Positions 28,251-37,274 of a stretch of 46,125 nucleotides of DNA are shown one piece after another; positions within the stretch are counted from its first letter, which is position 1; each line of letters opens with the position of its first letter. Source of the DNA: Planctomycetia bacterium (GTDB lineage Bacteria > Planctomycetota > Planctomycetia > Gemmatales > Gemmataceae); assembly GCA_031387445.1 (NCBI GenBank), contig JANNDF010000418.1, forward strand, positions 1-46,125, written 5' to 3'. The position numbers and the translations under genes are program-made. The notes under the pieces were generated by a model. That model worked only from the letters and a program-made list of their open reading frames with translations. It had not been told where the DNA came from and did no database searches.

Positions 28251-29072
28251 ATGGTCGACAACGACAACTGGATTGACTGCCCGTGGGACGCTGGCGAGGT
28301 CCGCCTGCTCGTCCGCGGACTGGCGAAGTGCCTGATCCAGGCGCGGTGGCTCAACGATCCCGACTTCCTACGGGCCGACCAGGTGAACGCCTGGTTTAAG
28401 CCGGACGGGGCGGAACTCAGGGGCACCGACCGGTCCGCTCAGACTCTGCTGGGGCATGCGGCGACGAACGCCCGCCGGCTCCAGGCAGCCGGCTTCCTGC
28501 CCGCCACCTGGCACACCAGCGCCACCCTCGTACCCGGTCTGGCTGTGGCCGGGGAACTGGCCTCGGTCGTGCACGGACTGCTGTCCGGCGACGTGGAGGA
28601 CGACAACCCGGTCGCCGCGCTGACGGAAGCCGCTCGACGACCCGTGCCGCCGGCGAATTGGGTGTGGGTGATCGATTGGGACGTGTTGCAGCAACTGCTC
28701 CCGCTGCTCGACCAACTCCCCAAGCCGAAGCCCCGCCCGCCGGCGGTAGTTCCTCACTGGGACAAGGACGCCGGGGTGCTGAAGTACGGTCGGTGGGTGG
28801 CCCGCTGGGTGGCCGCCGGGGCGACGAACCTCCGCACGCTGCTCGACGCGTTCGATGCCGAAGGGTGGCCGCACAAAATCCCGTCGCCATTCCCCGGGAA
28901 TGTGTCGGCGGCCAAGGACACGCTGGCCCGGCTGAACGACGGGATGAAGCACATCCGCTTCGGCTCGGCGCGTGGCGGGACGGAGGTGTCCTGGGCATCA
29001 CTGGTCAAGAAGGCACGAACTCCCAAGCAGAACGCGAAGAGTTCGTCGAAAAGAAGAACGCCCGGCCGCTGA
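28251..29072 (+). CDS. Hypothetical protein (273 aa), basic C-terminal tail
   Basis: Clean ORF with coding-like codon bias, divergent from the ImmA operon. The C-terminal part (LRTLLDAFDAEGWPHKIPSPFPG...AKDTLARLNDGMKHIRFGSARGGTEVSW) resembles an uncharacterised planctomycete family I associate with mobile elements. Confidence 0.6.
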   Translation: MVDNDNWIDCPWDAGEVRLLVRGLAKCLIQARWLNDPDFLRADQVNAWFKPDGAELRGTDRSAQTLLGHAATNARRLQAAGFLPATWHTSATLVPGLAVAGELASVVHGLLSGDVEDDNPVAALTEAARRPVPPANWVWVIDWDVLQQLLPLLDQLPKPKPRPPAVVPHWDKDAGVLKYGRWVARWVAAGATNLRTLLDAFDAEGWPHKIPSPFPGNVSAAKDTLARLNDGMKHIRFGSARGGTEVSWASLVKKARTPKQNAKSSSKRRTPGR

Positions 29073-29270
29073 TCGATCAGTTCGCGGTTGCGGTCGATCG
29101 GTCGGCGGCTCAACGGCGCTTCTCCGCCGGCAGCGGCATCCAGTGGGGTGCTTGCTCGGGCACACGACCCTCGGCGACTCAGGCGGTTGGATCACCTCGC
29201 GCGGCCACCTCACCGCCCCGCCGCCAGACCGATGTCGGCTTGCCCCTGCGTCCGCCCGTCACCTACCCGA

Positions 29271-29334
29271 CTGCCCGTCCCTCCTGCCCGTCCCTCCTGC
29301 CCGCCCCCTGACGCCCCCTGCCCGCCCCGTGACA
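29271..29334 (+). repeat. Tandem CTGCCCG(T/C)CCC direct repeats (4 copies) upstream of the DUF1580 gene
   Basis: CTGCCCGTCCCTC (29271-29283), CTGCCCGTCCCTC (29284-29296), CTGCCCGCCCCCTGACGCCCC (29297-29317), CTGCCCGCCCCGTGACA (29318-29334). Confidence 0.6.
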
Positions 29335-29396
29335 CGAGGGCGTGCGTGCAGTCTCATGGCCGGTGTCCCCACCCAACCTGTGCACCGGAGGGCGTC

Positions 29397-29726
29397 ATGA
29401 CCACCGCCGACCTGCTGACCGAAGACGTGATCTCGCTCGCCGCCGCCGGGAAGCTGTTCCCCGGCTCACGCGGCGCCCACCGCGTGAACCCGAGCACCGT
29501 CTACCGCTGGACGATCCAGGGCGTCAGCACACCCACCGGAGTCGTCCGCCTGGAGAGCCTGCGCGCCGGATCGCGGGTGTTCACCACCAAGCAAGCGATT
29601 GAACGTTTCGTCACCGCGCTGTCCGCCCCGACCGAACCGACCGTCGCCCCGTTGGTCCGCACCCCGTCGGCCCGGCGAAAGGCCGCCGACGCGGCGGCCG
29701 AGGCCTTGAAGAAGGCCGGGGCGTGA
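29397..29726 (+). CDS. DUF1580-type helix-turn-helix protein (excisionase/MerR-like fold)
   Basis: The ATG at 29397 (in frame in ORF 29088..29726) gives MTTADLLTEDVISLAAAGKLFPGSRGAHRVNPSTVYRWTIQGVSTPTGVVRLESLRAGSRVFTTKQAIERFV, the planctomycete DUF1580 pattern. Confidence 0.65.
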   Translation: MTTADLLTEDVISLAAAGKLFPGSRGAHRVNPSTVYRWTIQGVSTPTGVVRLESLRAGSRVFTTKQAIERFVTALSAPTEPTVAPLVRTPSARRKAADAAAEALKKAGA

Positions 29727-29751
29727 TCCCTCACTCCACCGAGTTCACCCG

Positions 29752-30243
29752 ATGAACCCGTTGCTCTATCGCGGCGCCCGCACCCGCCAGGCCGAGTTAC
29801 ACCGGCAGTTCGGCCTCCACCCGGCCGGCGACCCGCTGCTCGCCACGTCGTTCGACGCCGTACTGCATGTCGAGCGGTTCGACGAGCTGCCGGCCGAACT
29901 GCTCAACCGACTGCACACGATCGAGCACTTCGACGACCCGAGGACCCTGCGGATCGTTCGGCGGCGGGTCCCCCTGTGGGTGCGGAAGGATGGCGGTTAC
30001 GAGGTGCCGAACCGCCTGGTGCCACTCATCCAGCAGTACTTCTGCAGCTCGGCCCGACGATCCGAAGGGCCGGCGGTCGAAGTGAATACCGACGCCTACC
30101 CGGCCATTGCCGATCCGCTCGTCCCGGCCGCCCTGGACGCGTACGGGCGGGCGGTGGTGAAGTACGCTGTCGGAGTCACTTTATCGCCAACATTCGCCGT
30201 TTCCCCCGTGCTCGATGGCGGGGGCGGATTGAAACATCGGTGA
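29752..30243 (+). CDS. Hypothetical protein (163 aa); the 3' end runs into CRISPR repeat 1
   Basis: ORF with coding-like bias. Its last 15 codons are encoded by the CRISPR repeat and spacer, so the true C-terminus or the reality of the gene is uncertain. Confidence 0.4.
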   Translation: MNPLLYRGARTRQAELHRQFGLHPAGDPLLATSFDAVLHVERFDELPAELLNRLHTIEHFDDPRTLRIVRRRVPLWVRKDGGYEVPNRLVPLIQQYFCSSARRSEGPAVEVNTDAYPAIADPLVPAALDAYGRAVVKYAVGVTLSPTFAVSPVLDGGGGLKHR

Positions 30244-30308
30244 GATTGAGGGCGCGGTGGCCGCTCAGGTCGTTTCCCCCGTGCTCGATGGCGGGGGCGG
30301 ATTGAATC
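30199..30308 (+). CRISPR. Solitary CRISPR mini-array: two 37-nt repeats, one 36-nt spacer
   Basis: Repeat 1 is 30199-30235, GTTTCCCCCGTGCTCGATGGCGGGGGCGGATTGAAAC. The spacer is 30236-30271, ATCGGTGAGATTGAGGGCGCGGTGGCCGCTCAGGTC. Repeat 2 is 30272-30308, identical except position 36 (...GATTGAATC). Internal CCCCCG/CGGGGG stem and an ATTGAAAC 3' tag. Confidence 0.7.
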
Positions 30309-30628
30309 GGCGTTGACGGGCGTCAACAATCGAGGACCGCCGCACGGCGTTGGAGTCACCGCAATCAGACGTGACACCCTTCCACCCAACCACGCCTCAC
30401 CCCCGCAACTCGCAGCAAGGTGGCGCTCCGGGCAGTGGCTCTGTCTTCGCCCAATGAGCGGGCGGGGCATTGGCCGCATGTTCATGCGGGCGGTCTTTGG
30501 GGTTGCTCGGGCTTCTCTTCACCGGGCCGTCGTCAGTGCCCCGGCCGAACATTTCGGTTTAACTCCGCGGCCCCCCCTGGTACTAGTGGGGGTGGGGCAG
30601 TCCGCGCGCACCGCACCGGGGGTTGAGA

Positions 30629-33600
30629 ATGGGGTTGATCCGCTTGGCGTTGAACAACACCTACGGGGTGATCGTCCTCGCCCTGTTCATCTGCATCCTC
30701 GGCTCGGTGGCTATTGTGTCCATCCCGGTGGACATCCTGCCGGCGTTCAAGACGCCGGCGGTGCAGGTGCTGACGTATTACAACGGCATGCCGGCGCGGA
30801 GCATCGAGCGGACCATCACCGACCGGGTGGAGCGGTGGGTAAACCAGTCGGCCGGGGTGCAGTCGGTCGAGTCGCGGTCGGTCGCCGGGGTGAGCGTGGT
30901 GAAGCTCTACTTCCAGGACGACGTGGACCCCAACTCGGCACTCACGCAAACCAACTCGCTCACCGGCGCGGCCATGCCGTACCTGCCGACGAACACCCTC
31001 CCGCCCGTCACCACCCCGTTCGACCCGACGGGCACCCTGCCGGTGGGCATCCTCACCGTGTCGCGGCCGGGGGAGAAAGAGCAGGTGGTGAAAGACCTGG
31101 CGCGGGTGGAGGTGCGGAACCGGTTGGGCGGGGTGCGGGGGTGCGTCGCCCCGGTGGTGGTGGGCGGGAAGGACCGGCGGGTGATGGTCTACCTGGACCG
31201 GCAGAAGCTGGAGGCGATGAAGTTGTCGCCGGTGGACGTGGTGCGGGCGCTCGACCAGGGCAACTTCATGGCCTCGCCGGGGGTGGCGTACATCGGCGAC
31301 AGTCAGATCGCCCTCGACACGAACGCGATGACGCGGACGGTGCAGGACATCAACGACCTGCCGCTGGTGTTCGACGGCGACCGGCACATCCTGCTGAGCG
31401 ACGTGGCCACCGCCCAGGACGACGCGGTGATTCAGAAGTCGCGGGTGCGGGTGAACGGCAAGCCGCAGGTGTACGTGCCCATCTACCGCCAGCAGGGGGC
31501 GAGCACACTGGCAGTGGCCGACGGGGTGCGGGCGATCATCCCGGACATCGAGGCCGAACTGAACGCCGACACCGGCGACGGGGAGAAGAAGGAGCCGGTG
31601 AAGCTGGACTTCGTCATTGACCAGACGGACTACGTGCGGGTGGCCATCGAGAGCCTCGTTCACGAAGGCATCGTCGGGGCCATCCTGGTGTCGATCATGA
31701 TCCTCCTCTTCCTGGGCGACTGGAAGATGACGGTCATCGCCACCCTCGCCCTGCCGCTTTCCATCCTGGGGGCGATCATCGGCCTGAAGGCGACCGGGAA
31801 CAGCATCAACGTGATGACCCTGGGCGGGCTGTTCCTGGCCATCGGCCCGCTCGTGGACAACGCCATTGTGGTGCTGGAGAACATCGAGCGGCACCTGCGG
31901 ATGGGCAAGTCGCCGTTTCAGGCGGCGCTCGACGGCACCGCCGAGCTCACCCTGCCGGTGGTGGTGGCCACCCTCGCCCTCATCATCGTGCTCTGCCCGG
32001 TCGCCCTCACGCCGGGCGTCGGCGGGTTCCTGTTCAAGCCGCTCACGCTGGCGGTCGGCTTCGCCATGATCTTCTCGCTGGTGCTGAGCTTCACGTTCGT
32101 GCCCGCCCTCTGCTCGAAGATGCTCAAGCCGCACGGCCACGGGCACGCCGGCCACTCGCCGGGCGTGTTCGCCCGCGCCTACGGGCGGATCGACGGCGGG
32201 CTGAAGTGGGTCACCGGGCGGTACGCGGCGATGCTGGAGTGGGCGCTCGGCCGGCGGTTCCGGGTGCTCGGCGGCATCGGCCTGCTGTTCGTCAGCTCGC
32301 TCTTCCTGCTCCGGTTCATCGGCCAGGAGTACTTCCCGCAGGTGGACGCCGGGCAGATCTCCCTCCAGGTGCGGGCACCGTCGCACTTGCGGTTGGACGC
32401 CACCGAGCGGCTGATCGCGGACGTGGAGAAGGAACTGCTACTCGCCCCCGACCACCCGGAGAAAGGTGGCATTCCGGGCGATGAGTTGACAACGGTCGTC
32501 TCCGAGATCGGGCTGAACAACGACTGGAGCGCCGCGTATTCGGCGAACGCCGGCCAGCAGGACACCGTCATCCGCCTGCAACTCACCCCGGAGCGGAAGA
32601 AGTCCGCCCAGCAGTACGCCGTCGAACTCCGGAAGAAGTTGACCGCCGACCCGCGGTTCGCCGACCTGGAGTTCAGCTTCGACACCGGCGGGATGGTGTC
32701 GGCGGCGCTCAACTTCGGGGCCAGTTCGCCCATCGACTTGCAAATCACCGGCGGCACCCCGGACCAGAAGTTTGCAGCCGCCCGGAAGGTGAAAGAGGCG
32801 GTGCGGGGGGTGCCCGGTGCGGCCGACGTGCGGGTGCTTCAGCGGAACGACGCGCCCTATCTGGTACTGGACGTGAACCGCGACAAGGCGGCGAGCGTCG
32901 GCCTGTCCGCCCGCGACGTGGTGATGCAAGTGGTGACGGCGATGAACAGCAGCATCGCCCTCACCCGCAACTTCTGGATCGACCCGAAGAGCGGCAACCA
33001 GTACTTCATCGCCGTCCAGTACCCCGACGACCCGAACTTCCTGCTGTCCGACCTGTCCAGCATCATTGCCACCGGCACAAGCCAAAAGGAACCCGTGCGG
33101 CTCAGTTCGCTCGTCACCATCCGCGACACCACGCAGGCGGTGGAGTTCAACCACGTCGGGTTGAAGCGGATCGTGGACGTGCTGGTGAACACCGAGAACC
33201 GCGACATCGGCAGCGTGGCGGCCGACATCGACCGGGCCGTCGCCCCGATCCGGGCCGATCTGCCGCCGGGGGTGAAGATCGAGATGAAGGGGGAGTACGC
33301 CCGCATGACCGAGTCGGCGCAGAGCCTGGGCGTCGGGCTGGCGCTGGCCGCCGTGCTGGTGTACCTACTGATGGTGCCGCTCATGCGGTCGTTCGTCCAG
33401 CCGCTCATCATCCTGGCGGCGGTTCCGCTCGGCCTGATCGGGGTGCTGGGCATCTTGTGGGCCACCCGCACCAGCCTGAACGTGCAGTCCGAGATGGGGG
33501 TGATCTTCCTGGTCGGCATCGTGGTGTCGCAAGGGGTGCTGCTCATCGACTTCGCCAACCATCTGCGGAAGCACGGCAAGCGAGTGCGGGCGGCCGTGAC

Positions 33601-33886
33601 CGAAGCCGCGACGACCCGCTTCCGCCCGATCCTGATGACCTTCCTGGCCACGTTCCTCGACCTGTTGCCGATGGCACTGGGGTTGGGCCGCGGGAGCGAA
33701 TCGCTCACCCCGCTCGCCCGTGCCGTCGTCGGCGGGTTGGTCACGGCGACCGCCTTGACGCTGTTTGTGGTGCCCATCCTGTTCACCCTGCTCATCCGCG
33801 ATCAGCCCGCCACCGACGCCCCGCCTGCCGACGATGTGCCGCCGTCCACCGACCACGACCCCGTTCCGCTCACCCCGGCCGTGTGA
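30629..33886 (+). CDS. RND efflux transporter permease (AcrB/HAE-like)
   Basis: MGLIRLALNNTYGVIVLALFICILGSVAIVSIPVDILPAFKTPAVQV..., 12-TM/two-loop RND architecture, about 1,085 aa. The ORF track starts at TTG 30623; the ATG at 30629 is more likely. Confidence 0.9.
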   Translation: MGLIRLALNNTYGVIVLALFICILGSVAIVSIPVDILPAFKTPAVQVLTYYNGMPARSIERTITDRVERWVNQSAGVQSVESRSVAGVSVVKLYFQDDVDPNSALTQTNSLTGAAMPYLPTNTLPPVTTPFDPTGTLPVGILTVSRPGEKEQVVKDLARVEVRNRLGGVRGCVAPVVVGGKDRRVMVYLDRQKLEAMKLSPVDVVRALDQGNFMASPGVAYIGDSQIALDTNAMTRTVQDINDLPLVFDGDRHILLSDVATAQDDAVIQKSRVRVNGKPQVYVPIYRQQGASTLAVADGVRAIIPDIEAELNADTGDGEKKEPVKLDFVIDQTDYVRVAIESLVHEGIVGAILVSIMILLFLGDWKMTVIATLALPLSILGAIIGLKATGNSINVMTLGGLFLAIGPLVDNAIVVLENIERHLRMGKSPFQAALDGTAELTLPVVVATLALIIVLCPVALTPGVGGFLFKPLTLAVGFAMIFSLVLSFTFVPALCSKMLKPHGHGHAGHSPGVFARAYGRIDGGLKWVTGRYAAMLEWALGRRFRVLGGIGLLFVSSLFLLRFIGQEYFPQVDAGQISLQVRAPSHLRLDATERLIADVEKELLLAPDHPEKGGIPGDELTTVVSEIGLNNDWSAAYSANAGQQDTVIRLQLTPERKKSAQQYAVELRKKLTADPRFADLEFSFDTGGMVSAALNFGASSPIDLQITGGTPDQKFAAARKVKEAVRGVPGAADVRVLQRNDAPYLVLDVNRDKAASVGLSARDVVMQVVTAMNSSIALTRNFWIDPKSGNQYFIAVQYPDDPNFLLSDLSSIIATGTSQKEPVRLSSLVTIRDTTQAVEFNHVGLKRIVDVLVNTENRDIGSVAADIDRAVAPIRADLPPGVKIEMKGEYARMTESAQSLGVGLALAAVLVYLLMVPLMRSFVQPLIILAAVPLGLIGVLGILWATRTSLNVQSEMGVIFLVGIVVSQGVLLIDFANHLRKHGKRVRAAVTEAATTRFRPILMTFLATFLDLLPMALGLGRGSESLTPLARAVVGGLVTATALTLFVVPILFTLLIRDQPATDAPPADDVPPSTDHDPVPLTPAV

Positions 33887-33908
33887 CCTTCCCCGGAGAC
33901 TGCCCCCA

Positions 33909-35525
33909 ATGACTGTCCCCCACGCCCACTCGGACGCGCACGCCCACGCCCGGCCGAACGCCCACCACCATCACCACCACCACCCACACACCGACCCCCG
34001 GCCGCTGCGGAAGAAATGGCGGTGGCGGTGGGTGATCGCACTCGCCCTGGCCGTCGTCGTCGGCGCGGGTGTCGTGGCCGGGGTGGTCGCCGGTGTTATC
34101 CCGTCGCCGTTCGAGCACCCGACCAAGCACGCCCAAGCTGCTCACGGCGGTTCGTCGGGCGAGTTGACGGCAAAGGTGATCCGCCCGAAGGCGGCGGCGA
34201 GCGTGCCCATCACCGTCGATCAGTTGGCGGTGGTCGAGCCGTACTACCGGGCCGACCTGCGGGCGCGTGCGAGCGGACTGGTAAAGGCCGTCCGCCACGA
34301 CATCGGCGATCAGGTGAAGCAGGGGGAGGTGCTGGTGGAGATCGACGTGCCGGAGTTGGTGCAAGACGTGGCCCGCGGGGAGGCGATGATCGTGCAGCGG
34401 GAGAAGGAGTTGAAGGTGTCGGAGGCGAAGCTGAAGGACGCGAACGCGGCGGTGAAGGTGTCGGCCGCCACCATCAAGCAGCGGGAGGCGGACGTACTGG
34501 CCGTCAGCGCCACCCGCGACCTGAAGAAGCGGCGGTTCGAGCGGTTCGCGGCGCTCGCCAAGAAGGGGGACGTGGTGGGCAGCGTGGTGGAAGAGGAAGA
34601 GCGTGACTACCTGGCGAGCGAGGCGGCGGTGACGGCGGCGAACGCGAACGTGGAACGCGCCCGTGCCGATTTTGCCGAGTCTGAGTCAAAGGTGGAGGGG
34701 GCGGAGGCCGATATTGACCTCAAGAAAGCGCTCATCGACGGCGCTCGTACGGATTTGGACAAGGCGAAGGCGGTGGCCGACTACGCCCGAGTGGTCGCCC
34801 CGTTCGACGGGGTGGTGGTCCGCCGCGGCGTCGATCCGGGGTCGTTCGTGCAGAACGCCACCACGGGGAACAGTGAGGTGCTGATCTCCCTGGCCCGCGT
34901 CGATGTGGTGACAATCGCCGCCCGCTTCCCCGACGCTTTCGCCTCGCTGGTGGCGGCCGACACGCCGGCTGAGGTGCGGGTGGACGGACTGTCAGGCGTC
35001 ACCATCCCCGCAGTCGTCACCCGGTTCGCGCCGAGCGTGCAGAACGCCGACCGCACCATGCGGGTGGAAGTGGATCTCTTCAACGGCGACGACGCCGGCT
35101 ACCAGCGAATGTCCACCGCCGGCAAGTTGAGCAACCCGAAGGGGGCGTCCGACCCGCTGCCGGCGCGGGCGTTCGCCGCCGGGCACACGGCCGGCAAACT
35201 GCTCCCCGGCATGACCGGCACCATGCGGCTAAGGGTCGGCGGATACGGCCAGTCGTTCGTACTGCCCTCCACCGCCGTGTACTCCCGGAGCGGCACCAGT
35301 TACCTGCTTCTGGTGGAGGACGGCAAGACGAAGCAGGTGCCGGTGAAAGTGCAGGTGAACGACGGGAAGACGGTGCGGGTGGCGGTGGTGAAGAAGCAGA
35401 CCGCCGCGGACGGCAGCACCCGTGAGACGCTGACCGAGTTGACCGGCGCGGAGCAGGTGGTGGCCGCCCGCCAACTGGAGATCGGCGACGGGACGACCGT
35501 GGGTGTCGCACCGGGCGAGTGGTGA
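33909..35525 (+). CDS. RND periplasmic adaptor (HlyD/MFP family) with a His-rich N-terminal tail
   Basis: ATG at 33909: MTVPHAHSDAHAHARPNAHHHHHHHPHTDPRPLRKKWRWRW, then a TM segment, a lipoyl/coiled-coil region (VKQGEVLVEIDVPEL...) and beta-barrel domains. Confidence 0.85.
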   Translation: MTVPHAHSDAHAHARPNAHHHHHHHPHTDPRPLRKKWRWRWVIALALAVVVGAGVVAGVVAGVIPSPFEHPTKHAQAAHGGSSGELTAKVIRPKAAASVPITVDQLAVVEPYYRADLRARASGLVKAVRHDIGDQVKQGEVLVEIDVPELVQDVARGEAMIVQREKELKVSEAKLKDANAAVKVSAATIKQREADVLAVSATRDLKKRRFERFAALAKKGDVVGSVVEEEERDYLASEAAVTAANANVERARADFAESESKVEGAEADIDLKKALIDGARTDLDKAKAVADYARVVAPFDGVVVRRGVDPGSFVQNATTGNSEVLISLARVDVVTIAARFPDAFASLVAADTPAEVRVDGLSGVTIPAVVTRFAPSVQNADRTMRVEVDLFNGDDAGYQRMSTAGKLSNPKGASDPLPARAFAAGHTAGKLLPGMTGTMRLRVGGYGQSFVLPSTAVYSRSGTSYLLLVEDGKTKQVPVKVQVNDGKTVRVAVVKKQTAADGSTRETLTELTGAEQVVAARQLEIGDGTTVGVAPGEW

Positions 35526-35552
35526 TGTTTCCCCAGGGCACGGAGGCCCGGA

Positions 35553-37112
35553 ATGTCGAACCGATTGATCCGCCGGCTCGTTTGGTTGCCGGCCGTCGGG
35601 CTGACCGTGGCCGGGTGCGCGACCACATCCCCCGAGATCGACCCCGCCGCCTCACCGTCCCGCTGGTACTCGCCCACCAACCTGCCCGTCGCCGCCAAGC
35701 CCGTCGTCAGAACGCCCGCCCCGAAGACCGCTGCGGACGCCCCCCTGACGCTGGCGTCCGCGGTCGAACCGCCGGTCCCGTCCGCCGTGCCCCCGACGAC
35801 ATCACCGCTCCGTCCGGCTTACGCCCAAGTCGAGACGCACCCCATCGATCTCGCCACGGTGTTACGGCTGGTGTCCCCGAACAGCCCGACCGTCGGGCTG
35901 GCCCGCGCGCGGGTGGCTGAGGCCGAGGCACGGGTGCAACGGGCGGAAGTGCAATGGTTGCCCAACCTCTCCTTCGGCACCGCCTACAACCGCTTCGACG
36001 GGCAGACGCAGAACCAGGCCGGGAACGTGTTCGGGGTGTCGCGGGCGAACCTGTTCTACGGCGGCGGACCGACCCTCACCCTTGATCTGGCGGAGGCGCT
36101 GTACGGCCCGCTCGTCGCCCGCCGGGTACGGGCGGCGGCGCAGTTCACGGAGGTGGCCACCACCATCACCGCCGAGCAGGAGGCCGCCGCCGCCTACCTC
36201 GACCTGGTGCAACTGTACGCCCTGCGGGAGATCACCGCCGAGACGCTGTCGCGGGCCGAAGAGATGTTGAAGGCGGCCGAGAGTGCGAAGGACGCGAAAC
36301 TCGACCGCACCGCCGGCGACGTGCAACGGGCGAGGACGGAGGTGCTGTTCCGCCGCACCGAGCGACTCGACCTTGAAGCCCGCGCCTCCGCCATCAGCGC
36401 CCGCCTCGGCCGGATGCTCTTCCTTCAGCCCAACGTGAAGCTGGTACCGGCCGACCTCGCCGTCGCCCCGATCACCCTCGTCGACCCGTCCCGCACCCTC
36501 GACGACCTGCTCGCGACCGCCCTGGAAACCCGCCCCGACCTCGCCGCCGGGCGGGAGGCCATCGCCGCGGCGTGGGCGCGGGTGAAGCAGGCCCAGCGGG
36601 AGCCGTTCATCCCGAAGGTGTCGGTGCAGAATCAGATGGGGAGCTTCGGCGGCGGGCTGAACGACGACCTCGCCGACTTCGGTGCCCGCAACGCCCTGAG
36701 CGTGCAACTGTTCTGGGAAGTGCGGAACCTGGGGTTCGGCAACCGGGCGGGGGTGGCCGAGCGGCGGGCCGCGGCGGATCAGGTCCGCTACCAACTGGCC
36801 GAAGCTCAGGCCCGTGCCGCCGCCGAGGTGGTGGAAGCCGCCCAGACCGCCGCCGCCAAGTTCGAGGCCATCGCCCCGGCGGAAGAGGCGGTGAAGGAGG
36901 CGACCGAGTTGTACCGCATCAACAAGTCGGGCACACAGAACGTGGTCGGGGCGAACAACCTGTTCGACGCCCTCCGCCCGCTGCAAGCGATCCAGGCGCT
37001 GAACACCGCCCGTCAGAACTACCTGGGGGCGATCATGGACCACAACCGCGCCCAACTCCGCCTGCTCGCCGCCACCGGAACACCACCGGCTGTTACCGCC
37101 GGCGTCAAATGA
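35553..37112 (+). CDS. Outer-membrane efflux lipoprotein (TolC/NodT family)
   Basis: MSNRLIRRLVWLPAVGLTVAGC lipobox, then two OEP repeats with long helical segments. Third gene of the RND operon. Confidence 0.85.
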   Translation: MSNRLIRRLVWLPAVGLTVAGCATTSPEIDPAASPSRWYSPTNLPVAAKPVVRTPAPKTAADAPLTLASAVEPPVPSAVPPTTSPLRPAYAQVETHPIDLATVLRLVSPNSPTVGLARARVAEAEARVQRAEVQWLPNLSFGTAYNRFDGQTQNQAGNVFGVSRANLFYGGGPTLTLDLAEALYGPLVARRVRAAAQFTEVATTITAEQEAAAAYLDLVQLYALREITAETLSRAEEMLKAAESAKDAKLDRTAGDVQRARTEVLFRRTERLDLEARASAISARLGRMLFLQPNVKLVPADLAVAPITLVDPSRTLDDLLATALETRPDLAAGREAIAAAWARVKQAQREPFIPKVSVQNQMGSFGGGLNDDLADFGARNALSVQLFWEVRNLGFGNRAGVAERRAAADQVRYQLAEAQARAAAEVVEAAQTAAAKFEAIAPAEEAVKEATELYRINKSGTQNVVGANNLFDALRPLQAIQALNTARQNYLGAIMDHNRAQLRLLAATGTPPAVTAGVK

Positions 37113-37274
37113 AGTTGATCGAGCTACTGCACGGAACGCCGTTGCCTGCAAGCGAAAGATGGTGCCGTGGTGGGCTGTTCGGCCGGGCGAATACAATGTG
37201 ATCGAGTGACCGGACCGATTCTGCCGGTCACGATCAGCCTGCTGTGCCATGGCTTTCCGAGCCGGCGGTGCGAC

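Noticed and set aside
26587-29311. Alternative-frame ORFs over the ImmA gene and the 273-aa gene (26587..27672, 26773..27642, 28368..28952, 28417..29001, 28658..29311)
   Set aside because: These are shadow ORFs. Only the annotated frames carry HEXXH or coding-like, non-repetitive sequence.
30313-32386. ORF 30313..31620(+) and ORF 30533..32386(-) overlapping the RND permease start
   Set aside because: Gly/Arg/Pro junk. The 30629..33886 frame is an unmistakable RND permease. The 30311-30326 palindrome GTTGACGGGCGTCAAC after the CRISPR terminal repeat was noted, but it is too short to interpret on its own.
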